Shown in pieces: positions 1-9,807 of a stretch of DNA of 43,928 bases. How positions within the stretch are numbered: the first letter of the stretch is position 1; each line of letters begins with the position of its first letter. Below the pieces are notes generated by a model, which was not told the origin of the DNA, did no database searches, and saw nothing but the letters and a program-made list of their open reading frames with translations. Both the position numbers and the translations under genes were made by a program. The stretch spans positions 1 through 43,928 of the forward strand of contig JBDKTL010000049.1 in assembly GCA_039698055.1 (NCBI GenBank), given 5' to 3'. This DNA is from Methanoregula sp. GTDB lineage: Archaea > Halobacteriota > Methanomicrobia > Methanomicrobiales > Methanospirillaceae.

Positions 1-94
1 CCGCATCAATAACGTCACGATCTACAATGCAAAATGGGAGATTGTAAAAGCTGCCATCGCGGACTATCTGGCTCATCCAAAATACACGCTCTAA
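1..94 (+). CDS. 3' end of an unidentified protein-coding gene (partial)
   Basis: Frame from position 2 reads RINNVTIYNAKWEIVKAAIADYLAHPKYTL with TAA at 92-94; host-like codon usage; continues off the left edge. Confidence 0.55.
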   Translation, partial: RINNVTIYNAKWEIVKAAIADYLAHPKYTL

Positions 95-714
95 TTTTTT
101 TCTAGATCTTGTGCGTAAGTCCTATGATAATATATATTCTGCGTTGAATATCGTTTCTTGATATAATCAAGAGTCGGTTGAATTTCGTTTTCCGAAGAAC
201 CTATGAAAATTTCAGGATACACGTGCCAATCCATATTTTGACCAACAACTTTGACTACTCTAGAACGGCCGCCTAGTGATTCAATCGATGCTGAAAATAC
301 AGTCGCAAAGTTTACGCAATTCCCTTGAAATTTGTCTTTAATTTTCCCTTTGATTAAATTACTTGCACTTTTATAATATGCATAATCATCAGGATGTCCC
401 TCATAGCACCATTGATCAACAGTGTAATCCCAAATATCCAATACTTGATTAATGCTATATTTTCCTCGGTTTGATTCAGAAATATGAGATTGAGTGTAAT
501 CATTAACGATTCGATTATTATTGTCAATTATTAGAGAGAATTGTTTAGCTGTTGACTCTCCTTTTAAGAGTGTCGATGGGGGATCAAGGGATTTCATGGA
601 TATTGTAGAACATTCTGAAATAGAATGATTAAAATTATGGTTATTATCAGTATCCGACAAACAACCAGAAGTGAAAAGGACAAATATAAGCAGAATTAAA
701 AAAAATCGATCCAT
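91..714 (-). CDS. Lipoprotein with transglutaminase-like (Cys protease fold) domain, probably C-terminally truncated
   Basis: MDRFFLILLIFVLFTSGC lipobox-type signal; GNCVNFA and WHVYPEI match the Cys and His motifs of transglutaminase-like domains; AT-rich; alternative start at 732. Confidence 0.65.
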   Translation of the reverse strand: MDRFFLILLIFVLFTSGCLSDTDNNHNFNHSISECSTISMKSLDPPSTLLKGESTAKQFSLIIDNNNRIVNDYTQSHISESNRGKYSINQVLDIWDYTVDQWCYEGHPDDYAYYKSASNLIKGKIKDKFQGNCVNFATVFSASIESLGGRSRVVKVVGQNMDWHVYPEIFIGSSENEIQPTLDYIKKRYSTQNIYYHRTYAQDLEKN

Positions 715-847
715 CCTAGTCAGGATAGTCATGTAAACTATAATAGAATTCTTGTATAGGTTAAGATCTTTTTTTTTGTTTTTCTGATGTTTCATCTTAC
801 ATCTCGTTTTTCTATCAATCCCCCTCTTTCCGCGTCGCATTGCTACT

Positions 848-1051
848 TCAACTACATATCCATTGATCCAACCGCTCCCTGACATGCTTATTCAGACTAA
901 ACGGCGTTTCACTATCAGCATTCTTCTTCATATAATGCAAAGCCCCTTTTGAGAATCCGCGTCTCTTCCATTCCACATAAGGAATGCTCAACATCTTTTT
1001 CCAGATATCCTCCCCCTCCTTCCGATTGCTCTCATAATCCGGATTGATCAC
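848..1051 (-). pseudogene. Remnant resembling the C-terminal HTH tail of a solo Cas1/casposase
   Basis: KKMLSIPYVEWKRRGFSKGALHYMKKNADSETPFSLNKHVRERLDQW matches, from memory, the C-terminus of methanogen non-CRISPR Cas1 proteins. An in-frame stop at 1085-1087 upstream means no Cas1 catalytic domain. Confidence 0.7.
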
Positions 1052-1174
1052 GTTCCCCTCTAAAAATCTCCTCAGCCCATTGCTTTATGCACTACCTCAG
1101 GCTATTGACACACTACAACAGGTATCACTCACGTATGCACAGGCATACGAGCGATACCCGGGAGAAACAACACC

Positions 1175-1628
1175 ATGTCAACCGTCGAAGAAAATATGCG
1201 TCTCATGCAGACGCTGGATGATGCCTGGAACTCACAGGACTTATGCAACGTTTGAGAAACGCCATGCAGCAGAGGTCGATGTATACTGGCCGGGACAGGT
1301 ACTGCCGACCCATAGCCGCCCGTCCCACAAGGAAGAGGCAATCGCATTTTTCAAGATCTTTCCGGATAACAAAGTCGGGAACCGGCCGTACAAGATCTTC
1401 TTTGGGCAGGGCGACTACACGTGCTCTGTCGCCGACTTCACCGGCACGTTCAAGGGCCCCATGACCACTCATGACGGGAAAATAATCCCGCCCAACGGTA
1501 AACAGTTCAGGGTCGAGTTCTGCACGGTCGCCCACTGGAAGGACGGCGAAATCCTGGAAGAGAGGCTCTTCTACGACAAGACGGCGATGATGCAACAGAT
1601 CGGCCTCATAGATGAACACGCGCTGTAA
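1175..1628 (+). pseudogene. SnoaL-like ester cyclase / NTF2-fold protein with a +1 frameshift near 1241
   Basis: ATG at 1175 after GGAG gives MSTVEENMRLMQTLDDAWNSQD. One extra T then shifts into the frame YATFEKRHAAEVDVYWPGQ...FTGTFKGP...IPPNGK...EERLFYD. Confidence 0.75.
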
Positions 1629-1791
1629 GAACACACGGAGCCATTGGGAGCCCGCGGCAGGGCCAAGTAGTGCGGTATGTGGGGTATGGGAACGTTAAAG
1701 ATTGGTAAAATCACGAGCTTAATGCTCTCCCGCCACCACTCATTTTTTATACAAAAAATCGTTTGATACTACGAACGGACAGCATCAACCC

Positions 1792-2493
1792 ATGACAGAG
1801 AAAAAAACCAACAAGCCCGATACCCCCCGTGAACCGATGAAGATCACCGTCAGCAAAAACGGCCCCTGTCTGGTGAGCGGCAACGTCCCCCTCACCACAG
1901 AAGAGATCTGTAACGATGACGAGGGCTACTGCCGGACCTGGCGGAAAACAAAGACCTGGCCCCTCCAGGAACATTACGCCCTCTGCCGGTGCGGCCATTC
2001 CGGCAACAAACCGTTCTGCGACGGGACGCATATGAAAGTCCATTTTGACGGGACTGAAACCGGGGATTTTGGCCCCTCCCGTGAAAATGCGAACGTGATA
2101 CGGGGGCCCGCCCTCACGCTTACCGACGACGAACATCTCTGTGTGCACGCACGGTTCTGCATGCGGGCCGGGGGGATCTGGAACCTTGTCAAGGAATCCT
2201 CAAATGCAAACGCCCGGGACATCGCGATCGAAGAAGCCGGGAACTGCCCGTCGGGGCGTCTGGTGGTCTACGACAATAAGACCGGGAAAGCAATCGAGCC
2301 GGACCTTGAAAAGTCCATCGTCGTCATCGAGTATCCTGCACGCGGGGAGCACGGGCCGCTCTGGGTACGGGGCGGTATCCCGGTCGTATCGGCCGATGGC
2401 GAGCCCTACGAGGTCCGGAACCGGGTCGCGCTCTGCCGGTGCGGAAAAACACAGAACCAGCCGTTCTGCGACGGCAGTCATGTTGAACGGTGA
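1792..2493 (+). CDS. CDGSH iron-sulfur domain protein (two CDGSH domains flanking a divergent ferredoxin-like domain)
   Basis: LCRCGHSGNKPFCDGTH and LCRCGKTQNQPFCDGSH; central CVHARFC...CPSGRL. Confidence 0.9.
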   Translation: MTEKKTNKPDTPREPMKITVSKNGPCLVSGNVPLTTEEICNDDEGYCRTWRKTKTWPLQEHYALCRCGHSGNKPFCDGTHMKVHFDGTETGDFGPSRENANVIRGPALTLTDDEHLCVHARFCMRAGGIWNLVKESSNANARDIAIEEAGNCPSGRLVVYDNKTGKAIEPDLEKSIVVIEYPARGEHGPLWVRGGIPVVSADGEPYEVRNRVALCRCGKTQNQPFCDGSHVER

Positions 2494-2668
2494 ATGGGGT
2501 CATGCCGACAGGAAAGTGGCAAAAAAGATATATGTAAATGGGTAATGATCACCGTTTGGGAACTGTTGTCGTGCCGGACCGGGACCGACCAGCACTCCAC
2601 GGGTAGCCGGTCAATGGGAAAAAAAGAACAGTCTGAATTTTTCAAGGGAGAGGTAAAGGAGGCGTACT

Positions 2669-3286
2669 ATGGTAAATGCAAAAGACGGTAAACTGGAACT
2701 GCTCACAGACAAGAACAGCACGCTCGTGCTCGTGGACTACCAGCCGGCGATGTTTGCGGGCGTCGCAAGCGGGGACAAGGCGCTCATTAAGACTGCGGCA
2801 ACCTGTGCGGCAAAGGCTGCGTCGATCCTCGATGTTCCGGTGGTATTATCGGCAATCGGCCCCCAGCGGAACGGGGAGTTCATCGCGGATATCAGGAACA
2901 TCTTCCCTAGGCAGGAAGTGTATTCCCGTGCCGTGCCAAGTTTTGATGCGTTTGAGGACGGGCCGACCTATGCGTCATTCAAAAAAACCGGCCGGAAAAA
3001 ACTGGTGGTGTCGGGGCTCTGGACGAGCATGTGTTTTGCCTATACCGCGCTCCATGCCCTCAAGGACGGGTATGACGTGTACGGGCTGATGGATGCGGCA
3101 GGAGATTCCACGCATGCCGCTCACGAGTATGGCATCCAGCGAATGCTTCAGGCCGGTGTGATCCCGATGACGGTTGAGTCGCTGGTGTCGGAATGGATGC
3201 ATGACTGGGGCAACCCGAAATCAGGGGAACTTGTCAAGGAAGTATATTCGAAGTACGGCGCCCTGATCGGGCTTGGGATGCCGTAA
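2669..3286 (+). CDS. Isochorismatase-family (YcaC-like) hydrolase
   Basis: LVLVDYQP; SGLWTSMC containing the catalytic Cys; GYDVYGLMDAAG; GGAGG RBS upstream. Confidence 0.88.
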   Translation: MVNAKDGKLELLTDKNSTLVLVDYQPAMFAGVASGDKALIKTAATCAAKAASILDVPVVLSAIGPQRNGEFIADIRNIFPRQEVYSRAVPSFDAFEDGPTYASFKKTGRKKLVVSGLWTSMCFAYTALHALKDGYDVYGLMDAAGDSTHAAHEYGIQRMLQAGVIPMTVESLVSEWMHDWGNPKSGELVKEVYSKYGALIGLGMP

Positions 3287-3319
3287 GATTTGAAGGCCAG
3301 TGACAAACAGGATCAGAAC

Positions 3320-3328
3320 TTTTTTTTT
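3320..3328 (+). terminator. Oligo-T tract between convergent genes (archaeal-type terminator candidate)
   Basis: T9 run ~35 nt after the isochorismatase stop; an A-rich run at 3346-3355 could serve the opposite strand. Confidence 0.4.
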
Positions 3329-3369
3329 AAAATTAATCAACCCATAAAAAAGAAATGAACCGGGAAGAC

Positions 3370-4488
3370 TTACTTCCCTTTCTTCACGCACTCTGCAATA
3401 TACGACCCGACCTTTGCCGTCCCCGCAGAGCCGCCCATATCCTTGGTCACGACACCGTCTTTGATGCTCTTTTCAATCGCCGTAACAATCGATGCCGCTG
3501 CTTTATGCTCCCCGATATGATCGAGCAGGAGCGATCCCGCCCAGATGGTTGCAACCGGGTTTGCGACATCCATGCCCTTGTATTTGGGAGCCGAGCCGTG
3601 GATGGGCTCAAACATCGAGGTGCCCTTCGGGTTGATGTTGCCGCCCGGAGCAAGCCCGAGCCCGCCCTGGATCATCGCGCCCAGATCGGTGATGATGTCG
3701 CCGAACATGTTGGGCGTCACCACGACATCGAACCATTCGGGGTTCTTCACAAACCACATCGTGACCGCGTCAACGAAGTTGAAATCGGTGGCGACATCCG
3801 GGTATTTCTTTGCGGTCTCGGTGAACACGTCCCGCCAGAGGCCGTACACGTCGGAGAGCACATTTGCCTTGTCAACCGAGGTCAGTTTCTTTCTCCTCTT
3901 TTCCGCAAGCTCAAACGCATACGTCTGGACCCGGCGCGATCCTTCACGGGTGACGACACCAATCTGGTAAGCAAGTTCCTCTGCGTCGCTCTCGACATCA
4001 AGCCCGAACTTCACGTTATACATTTCGCGGACGACCGAGAGTTCGATCTTCTGGTGTTTTTTGAACCGCGAGCCAATTCCGACGTAGAAGTCCTCGGTAT
4101 TCTCCCGGACGACCACGAAATCGATGTCCTTTGGGGTCTTGTTTGCAAGCGGCGTCTCAACCCCTTCGAGCAGTTTGATGGGCCGGAGGTTCACGTACTC
4201 GTCAAAGAAGAATCTCAGGTTGAGCAGGATGCCTTTTTCAAGGATACCCGGTTTGATCCTTGGGTCGCCGATGGAGCCAAAGTAGATCGCTTTGAATTTC
4301 GCAAGTTCCTTCAGGTCGTCTTCCGTGAGGAGCTGACCTGTCGCGAGATACCGCTCGGCGCCGATATCAAAATCAGTCCACTCGATATCGAAATGGAACC
4401 GCTCGCCGGCAGCGTCCAGCACCTTCTTTCCTTCGGCCACGATCTCCGGGCCGATCCCGTCCCCGCCTATTGCAGCGATTTTGTACAT
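3370..4488 (-). CDS. leuB: 3-isopropylmalate dehydrogenase (isocitrate/isopropylmalate dehydrogenase family)
   Basis: [39 protein letters not shown]; follows the dehydratase subunits in an operon. Confidence 0.85.
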   Translation of the reverse strand: MYKIAAIGGDGIGPEIVAEGKKVLDAAGERFHFDIEWTDFDIGAERYLATGQLLTEDDLKELAKFKAIYFGSIGDPRIKPGILEKGILLNLRFFFDEYVNLRPIKLLEGVETPLANKTPKDIDFVVVRENTEDFYVGIGSRFKKHQKIELSVVREMYNVKFGLDVESDAEELAYQIGVVTREGSRRVQTYAFELAEKRRKKLTSVDKANVLSDVYGLWRDVFTETAKKYPDVATDFNFVDAVTMWFVKNPEWFDVVVTPNMFGDIITDLGAMIQGGLGLAPGGNINPKGTSMFEPIHGSAPKYKGMDVANPVATIWAGSLLLDHIGEHKAAASIVTAIEKSIKDGVVTKDMGGSAGTAKVGSYIAECVKKGK

Positions 4489-5033
4489 ACCGGCACCTCC
4501 TTTAAGTTCTTCGCGTACTCCACGAGCCCGCCGGCATCGATGATGCCCTGCATGAACTCCGGCACCGGCTCGATAGCGTACTTCTCCCCGCCCGCTTCAA
4601 GGAATCCCTCCCTGAGTTCCAAGGCAATCTTTGTCCCGTCGGCGATTTTATCGGCATCCGGGCAGACCACCGGAAGTACCCCAACGTTTACCGAGTTCCG
4701 AAAGAAAATCCGGGCAAACGATTGTGCGACAACAACTCTCACGCCTGCCCCGGTGAGGGCGAGCGGGGCGTGCTCGCGGGAAGAACCGCAGCCGAAGTTG
4801 CGTCCTCCTACGATAACGTCGCCTTCCTTCACCTTCTTTGCAAACTCGTCCCGGGTGCCCTCAAAGGCGTGTTTTGCGAGCTCGTCCGGGTTGTTGATGG
4901 TGAGGAACCGTCCCGGGATGATGGCATCGGTATCGATGTTATCGCCGAATTTCCAGACCCGGCCGCTTGCCGCGACCGGGTTCCTTTCGAGAACTACCTT
5001 CTTTACCGGAACCGTCTTCTTTGCCGTCATCAT
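4467..5033 (-). CDS. leuD: 3-isopropylmalate/citramalate dehydratase small subunit
   Basis: [38 protein letters not shown]; the ATG at 5033 overlaps the leuC TGA. Lacks the YLRT motif of homoaconitase small subunits. Confidence 0.85.
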   Translation of the reverse strand: MMTAKKTVPVKKVVLERNPVAASGRVWKFGDNIDTDAIIPGRFLTINNPDELAKHAFEGTRDEFAKKVKEGDVIVGGRNFGCGSSREHAPLALTGAGVRVVVAQSFARIFFRNSVNVGVLPVVCPDADKIADGTKIALELREGFLEAGGEKYAIEPVPEFMQGIIDAGGLVEYAKNLKEVPVCTKSLQ

Positions 5034-6283
5034 CACACCTCCCGGGGATCGGTTATTTCGCCCGTAATCGCACTTGCCGCTGCCGTTGCCGGGGAGCAGA
5101 GGTAGACCCTGCCATCCGTACTTCCCTGCCGGCCCTTGAAGTTCCGGTTCGATGTCGAGAGCGAGACCTCGCCTGGGGCAATGAGGCCAAACGCCCCGCC
5201 CATGCAGGGACCGCAGCACGGCGCTTCCACGAGGGCTCCAGCCTTGACAAACTTCCCGATGAGTCCTGCGCGGAGGGTCTTGAGGTATTCGTCCCGGGAA
5301 GCCGGGATGATGATGACCCGGATCTTCAGGTTGAACTTCTTCTTCCCGAGCACCTCGGCCGCTTCAGCGAGGTCCTCAAAACGCCCGTTTGTGCACGAGC
5401 CGATGAAGACCTGGTCCACATGGGTGCCCGCCACCTTGCTGACCGGGACGCCGGTATCCACATTGTGGGGGACGGCAACCGTTGGTTCGAGGTCGGAGAC
5501 ATTATAGGACCGCGTCTCGGCAAACTTCGCGTCCGGGTCGCTGTCCAGCTCGAACGGCTTCATCTTCCGGCGCCCTTTCATGTATTCCCAGGTCACCTTG
5601 TCCGGCGCAACAATGCCGGCTTTTCCCCCCATTTCGATGGCCATGTTGCACAGCGTCATGCGTCCTGCCATGTCCATCCTCCCGATGGTCTTGCCGGTGA
5701 ACTCAATTGCCTTGTAGGTTGCACCGTCGGCCCCGATATCGGCAGCAATTGAGAGGATCAGGTCCTTTGGCCCGACCCGTTTCTGGAACTTTCCCGACAC
5801 TTCGGCCTGAATAGTCTCCGGCACCTTGAAGTAAAGGGCCCCGAATTTCAGGGCAAACCCCATGTCGGTCGACCCGATACCGGTGGCAAACGCCCCGGTG
5901 GCGCCGTACATGCAGGTATGCGAATCCGCCCCGACCACGATCTCGCCCGGCGCCGCCCGGCCCTTCTCAATGGTCACCTGGTGGCAGACGCCTTCGTTGA
6001 TATCGTAGTTATGGATACCCTGCTCCTCGGCGAACTTCCGCATGTACACGTGGTTGCTTGCCGCCTCGATAGAGTCGGCGGGGATCTGGTGATCGAAGAG
6101 CATGATGATGCGTTCCGGGTCAAAGACGTGTTTCCCGCCCATTTCGTAGAACTTCTGGATGGCAAGCGGGCCGGTAATGTCGTGGATCATGGCACCGTCA
6201 AGAGGCGTCATCACAACTTCGCCCGCCCGGATGTCCCTGCCGCATTTCCGTGAAAATATCTTTTCTACGATAGTTGCGCTCAT
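5033..6283 (-). CDS. leuC: 3-isopropylmalate dehydratase/homoaconitase family large subunit
   Basis: HDITGP, GVCHQV, GADSHTC, FIGSCTNGR, CGPCMG, STSNRNFKGRQG aconitase-family motifs. Confidence 0.85.
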   Translation of the reverse strand: MSATIVEKIFSRKCGRDIRAGEVVMTPLDGAMIHDITGPLAIQKFYEMGGKHVFDPERIIMLFDHQIPADSIEAASNHVYMRKFAEEQGIHNYDINEGVCHQVTIEKGRAAPGEIVVGADSHTCMYGATGAFATGIGSTDMGFALKFGALYFKVPETIQAEVSGKFQKRVGPKDLILSIAADIGADGATYKAIEFTGKTIGRMDMAGRMTLCNMAIEMGGKAGIVAPDKVTWEYMKGRRKMKPFELDSDPDAKFAETRSYNVSDLEPTVAVPHNVDTGVPVSKVAGTHVDQVFIGSCTNGRFEDLAEAAEVLGKKKFNLKIRVIIIPASRDEYLKTLRAGLIGKFVKAGALVEAPCCGPCMGGAFGLIAPGEVSLSTSNRNFKGRQGSTDGRVYLCSPATAAASAITGEITDPREV

Positions 6284-6508
6284 GCTCAATCGTGTAAAAG
6301 ATACGCATTATTTCATATTGTAGTTTGGGGAACTTCCAAAATGCCGCTGGTTCCTTATGTACAGGTAAACCTGTCCCGGATAATCAAGAGAAAAATGAAA
6401 AAATGCCTTTATTTCAGGTACGGGACAGGATTTTTTTGATAACTTCAGGTATTTTGGAAGTCAAAGTAATCTTTAACCGCGTCTCAGCTGCAAGATTATG
6501 TGATAACT

Positions 6509-7243
6509 ATGCTACGAAGACTCACTCTTTGTATGATCACTGTCGCAGTGATCGCGATGGCCTTTGTTGGCTGCGTTGCCGCGGCAGACGATACATCTAA
6601 CGACAACGTGATCCACGCAGCCGGAACAGGCAACATCATCGGCACTCCCGACCGGGTTCAGATCTCCTTTGCGGTACAGACCGAGAATGCCGACGTGAAA
6701 GCTGCACAGACTGACAACGCACAGAAGATGAACGACGTGATCAATGCTCTTGTCAATGCCGGTATTCCCCGGGATGCACTCAAGACCACCGGTTACAGCA
6801 TCTACCCGATCTACGATGATGCAAAAACCCTGTTTGACCAGAAAGTTAAGGTTTACCATGTAACAAATACCCTGACGGTCACGCTCCACGATGTGAGCAG
6901 GACCGGGGAAGTCATCGATATCGCGGTGGCAAACGGCATCAACCAGGCAGACTCCATCCAGTTCATGCTGTCAGACGAGCAGTCACAGGTCCTCCGGACG
7001 CAGGCCCTCCAGAAAGCCGTTGCCCGCGCACGGGCTGATGCCGAAACGGTCGCCGCAGCGATGGGAACAAATATCACCGGCGTGAAAAATGCTGACATCA
7101 CCGGTGGGTATTCACCCGTCCTCTTCCAGAACTACCAGCTGGATGCTGGCGCGGCAATGAAATCGGCCGCCGTTCCGACCCCCATCCAGCCGGGCGACGT
7201 CACGGTGACGGCGCAGGTATCCATTACCTATTCGATCCGGTAA
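6509..7243 (+). CDS. SIMPL (DUF541) domain exported protein
   Basis: Signal peptide; PDRVQISFAV...LKTTGYSIYP...ALQKAVARARADAE...PTPIQPGDVTVTAQVSITY. Confidence 0.85.
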   Translation: MLRRLTLCMITVAVIAMAFVGCVAAADDTSNDNVIHAAGTGNIIGTPDRVQISFAVQTENADVKAAQTDNAQKMNDVINALVNAGIPRDALKTTGYSIYPIYDDAKTLFDQKVKVYHVTNTLTVTLHDVSRTGEVIDIAVANGINQADSIQFMLSDEQSQVLRTQALQKAVARARADAETVAAAMGTNITGVKNADITGGYSPVLFQNYQLDAGAAMKSAAVPTPIQPGDVTVTAQVSITYSIR

Positions 7244-7407
7244 AAGTGCCAGGATCTCTTCACAACTTTTTTACATAAGCAGCGTGTGATTATTTCTTAA
7301 ATCACAGTACATAAAAATAAAAAAAATCTATCCGGTCCGTTCACATAACGCCCCGGTCAAGTATCGAATATTAAAAAAACAGCGTATACAATAGGATTGA
7401 TTTTGAT

Positions 7408-7851
7408 ATGGAGCGAAATATCGGTTTTAAAGAGAGAAGGTATATTGAAGAACTTCGAATCCTGACCCGGTCCACGGCGCTTGACTGCGTGATCGATGAC
7501 CGGTTCGACCGGGTTATCTATGTCATCCGGCAGGGCGACATGGGGCTTGCGATAGGGAAGAAAGGCGACAATATCAAACGGCTCCAGAACGTTCTTGGAA
7601 AGCGCATCGAGATGGTGGAATATGCAGAAGAGCCCGATGCGTTTATCGTCAACATCTTCAAACCGGCGGAAGTTACAAAGATTGAACGGGCTCCCGATAA
7701 CGGGCCGATTAATGTCTTTGTGAACAGGAAAAGCGATCTCGGAATTGCGATTGGCAAAGCGGGGTGCAACATCGAGAAGGCGCGCATCCTCTGCCGGCGC
7801 TTCCATGGCGTCGAGATTGGCGAAGTGCTGCTCACACCGGAGGTATCATGA
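7408..7851 (+). CDS. nusA: Archaeal NusA-like transcription factor (two KH domains)
   Basis: GLAIGKKGDNIK and GIAIGKAGCNIE GxxG KH motifs. Confidence 0.9.
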   Translation: MERNIGFKERRYIEELRILTRSTALDCVIDDRFDRVIYVIRQGDMGLAIGKKGDNIKRLQNVLGKRIEMVEYAEEPDAFIVNIFKPAEVTKIERAPDNGPINVFVNRKSDLGIAIGKAGCNIEKARILCRRFHGVEIGEVLLTPEVS

Positions 7852-8153
7852 CGGGTGAAAAGGTCGATCCACAGGTGATTGCAGAGATCTGGAGCGTGAT
7901 CTGCGAGCGGGCAGAACATCCAACGCCCGAATCCTACACGAGCCGGCTGCTCCTTGACAAAAAAGGCATTGACAAGGTGCTTGAAAAGGTAGGCGAAGAG
8001 TCCACGGAGTTTATCCTTGCGGTAAAAAACGGCGTGCCGGAGCGGACGGTTGAAGAAACCGCCGACCTGCTGTTCCATATTCTTGTCGCGCTGCGGGCGG
8101 CAGATGTGAGGCTCGAAGATGTCCTTGCCGAGCTTAAACACCGGCGCAGATAA
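7848..8153 (+). CDS. hisE: Phosphoribosyl-ATP diphosphatase
   Basis: ESYTSRLL, KVGEESTE, ETADLLFH; ATGA overlap with the nusA stop. Confidence 0.92.
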   Translation: MTGEKVDPQVIAEIWSVICERAEHPTPESYTSRLLLDKKGIDKVLEKVGEESTEFILAVKNGVPERTVEETADLLFHILVALRAADVRLEDVLAELKHRRR

Positions 8154-8158
8154 TTTTA

Positions 8159-8611
8159 TTATTTTTGTAAAAACGTATTCAGGTCGACACAGTCCGGCAG
8201 ATCGGTGAAAGGCTGGCCTGCCGACTCAAATACTGCTTCTTCGGCAAAGATTGGCGCTTGGCCCCGGAGTGCCACAGCGATCCCGTCGCTTGGGCGGCAG
8301 TCGAGATGCTCTTCATGGCTGTTATTGTTAAGGACAAGCTCTGCATAATACACCCCGTTTTCGATGCTGTCTATTTTCAGGCACGACAAGGTGATCGAGA
8401 ACTTTGCGAGCAGGTCCAAAAACAGGTCGTGCGTGAACGGCCGGGGAAGCACCTCCCGGTTCTTTGCGCTGTTGATGGAAACAGCCTCCCATAAGCCGAT
8501 GAAAATCGGCAGCATGCGGTTATTGCCGTCAACCAGCACGACTACCGGCGCAGTAGCCGTATCGCTTGAGACGACGAACACTCCCCTGACTTCACACTTG
8601 ACCTGTGCCAT
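8159..8611 (-). CDS. Bifunctional nuclease family (DUF151) protein
   Basis: LPIFIGLWEA, RPFTHDL, DCRPSDGIAVAL. Confidence 0.88.
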   Translation of the reverse strand: MAQVKCEVRGVFVVSSDTATAPVVVLVDGNNRMLPIFIGLWEAVSINSAKNREVLPRPFTHDLFLDLLAKFSITLSCLKIDSIENGVYYAELVLNNNSHEEHLDCRPSDGIAVALRGQAPIFAEEAVFESAGQPFTDLPDCVDLNTFLQK

Positions 8612-8669
8612 GCTTTTAAATGAGTGATTGCCCTGCTTTCTTTTTAAGAGTTGAGGTGGATGGAGGATT

Positions 8670-9686
8670 TTACGGGCGGGAAGCTTCCCTGCGGACAATG
8701 ATCAGGCTTGAGAGGATTCCAAGGGCGATGTTGAAGTAATAGAGCACAATCCTCCAGACAACCACGAATATGCCGACAATCGATGCCGGGATGAACAGGG
8801 CATACATTGACGTAGCCCCGACTTCTGCGATGCCCGAACTGCCCGGTGTCAGCGGGAGCATCATCAGGATGGCGAGGATCAGCTGGATCACAAACGATTC
8901 CAGAATGAGCGGCGGCTGGCCAAGCCCGACAAGGATCAGCGAAGCGGTGATGATCTCCGACGTCCAGTACAGCAGCGTAAACAACATGCCCCAGAGAAGC
9001 CCGGATTTTGCCGTTTTCACAAACTTGATGACCGCCGCGTTGAAATTCCCGATCTCCGTATCGATCCGGATCAGCAGTTCCTCTACTGCAGGAGGCTCCC
9101 ATTTGCGGGTGAACCGGCGGGCGATGCGGTTTGCCCATCTCTTGACGACATCCGGCCTTTTTATTGCAAGATAGAATAAAAACAGGCACCCTGCGACAAA
9201 AATCCAGGTGATATATACCATGACCTCGGAAATTGCGCCAAGGCTCTTCCACTGGTCGGTGAGTACAAGCATTGCAAATGCGGCAAGTCCTGCAAGGGCA
9301 ATGCCGTCAAGCACCCGCTCCATGATCACAATCGCCGTTGCATCGCCGAGCGGGACGTTTGCCTTGTAGAGTTCATGGATACGCACCGGTTCGCCGCCTG
9401 CCTGTGCGGGGGTGACTGCAGCGGCAAGCAGGTTTGCAAACACTAAGTTCAGCGAATAAAAAAACCCGATCCGGTAGCCAAGGGAGCCTGACATCTTCTT
9501 GACGCGCCATGCCCAGAAGCACATCGTCAGGATATGGGTAAGGAATGCCAGCAGGAGAAACCACGGGTTGATCTTCTGGAGGTACTGCACCGTATTTTCA
9601 TTGATGGTAAGGTACAGGATGACAATGAGAACCGCAAGGGAGAACCCGATCGAGATATACAGCCATTTTTTCTGTGATTTTTCCAT
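8670..9686 (-). CDS. Flippase-like / lysylphosphatidylglycerol synthase TM-region (UPF0104) membrane protein
   Basis: TPAQAGGEPVR, ERVLDG, PLTPGSSGIAE, WRIVLYY; multiple TM helices. Confidence 0.85.
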   Translation of the reverse strand: MEKSQKKWLYISIGFSLAVLIVILYLTINENTVQYLQKINPWFLLLAFLTHILTMCFWAWRVKKMSGSLGYRIGFFYSLNLVFANLLAAAVTPAQAGGEPVRIHELYKANVPLGDATAIVIMERVLDGIALAGLAAFAMLVLTDQWKSLGAISEVMVYITWIFVAGCLFLFYLAIKRPDVVKRWANRIARRFTRKWEPPAVEELLIRIDTEIGNFNAAVIKFVKTAKSGLLWGMLFTLLYWTSEIITASLILVGLGQPPLILESFVIQLILAILMMLPLTPGSSGIAEVGATSMYALFIPASIVGIFVVVWRIVLYYFNIALGILSSLIIVRREASRP

Positions 9687-9807
9687 AGTGGTTCCCTTGG
9701 GCACGTCGTTTGCCCGCACCTGCTTTACCTTTACACGTTATGGTGCATAGTATATACTCTTTTTATGTGGGGCTTTTTACCGGGAAAAAACTGCACCGGT
9801 CACCCGT

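Noticed and set aside
715-885. Lys/Arg-rich N-terminal extension of the 264-aa ORF
   Set aside because: It precedes a clear lipoprotein signal peptide and reads through poly-A intergenic sequence; the true start is likely 714 or 732.
1044-1240. N-terminal part of the 194-aa ORF in the track
   Set aside because: Artefact of the frameshift; the real N-terminus is in another frame starting at 1175.
3355-5067. 570-aa plus-strand ORF
   Set aside because: Antisense shadow of leuB/leuD with no recognisable motifs; expected from codon bias in GC-rich genes.
3370-6283. Alternative call as the coenzyme B pathway genes aksD/aksE/aksF
   Set aside because: The small subunit has RFLTI rather than the YLRT homoaconitase motif, which favours Leu/Ile pathway enzymes; not fully excluded without a phylogeny.
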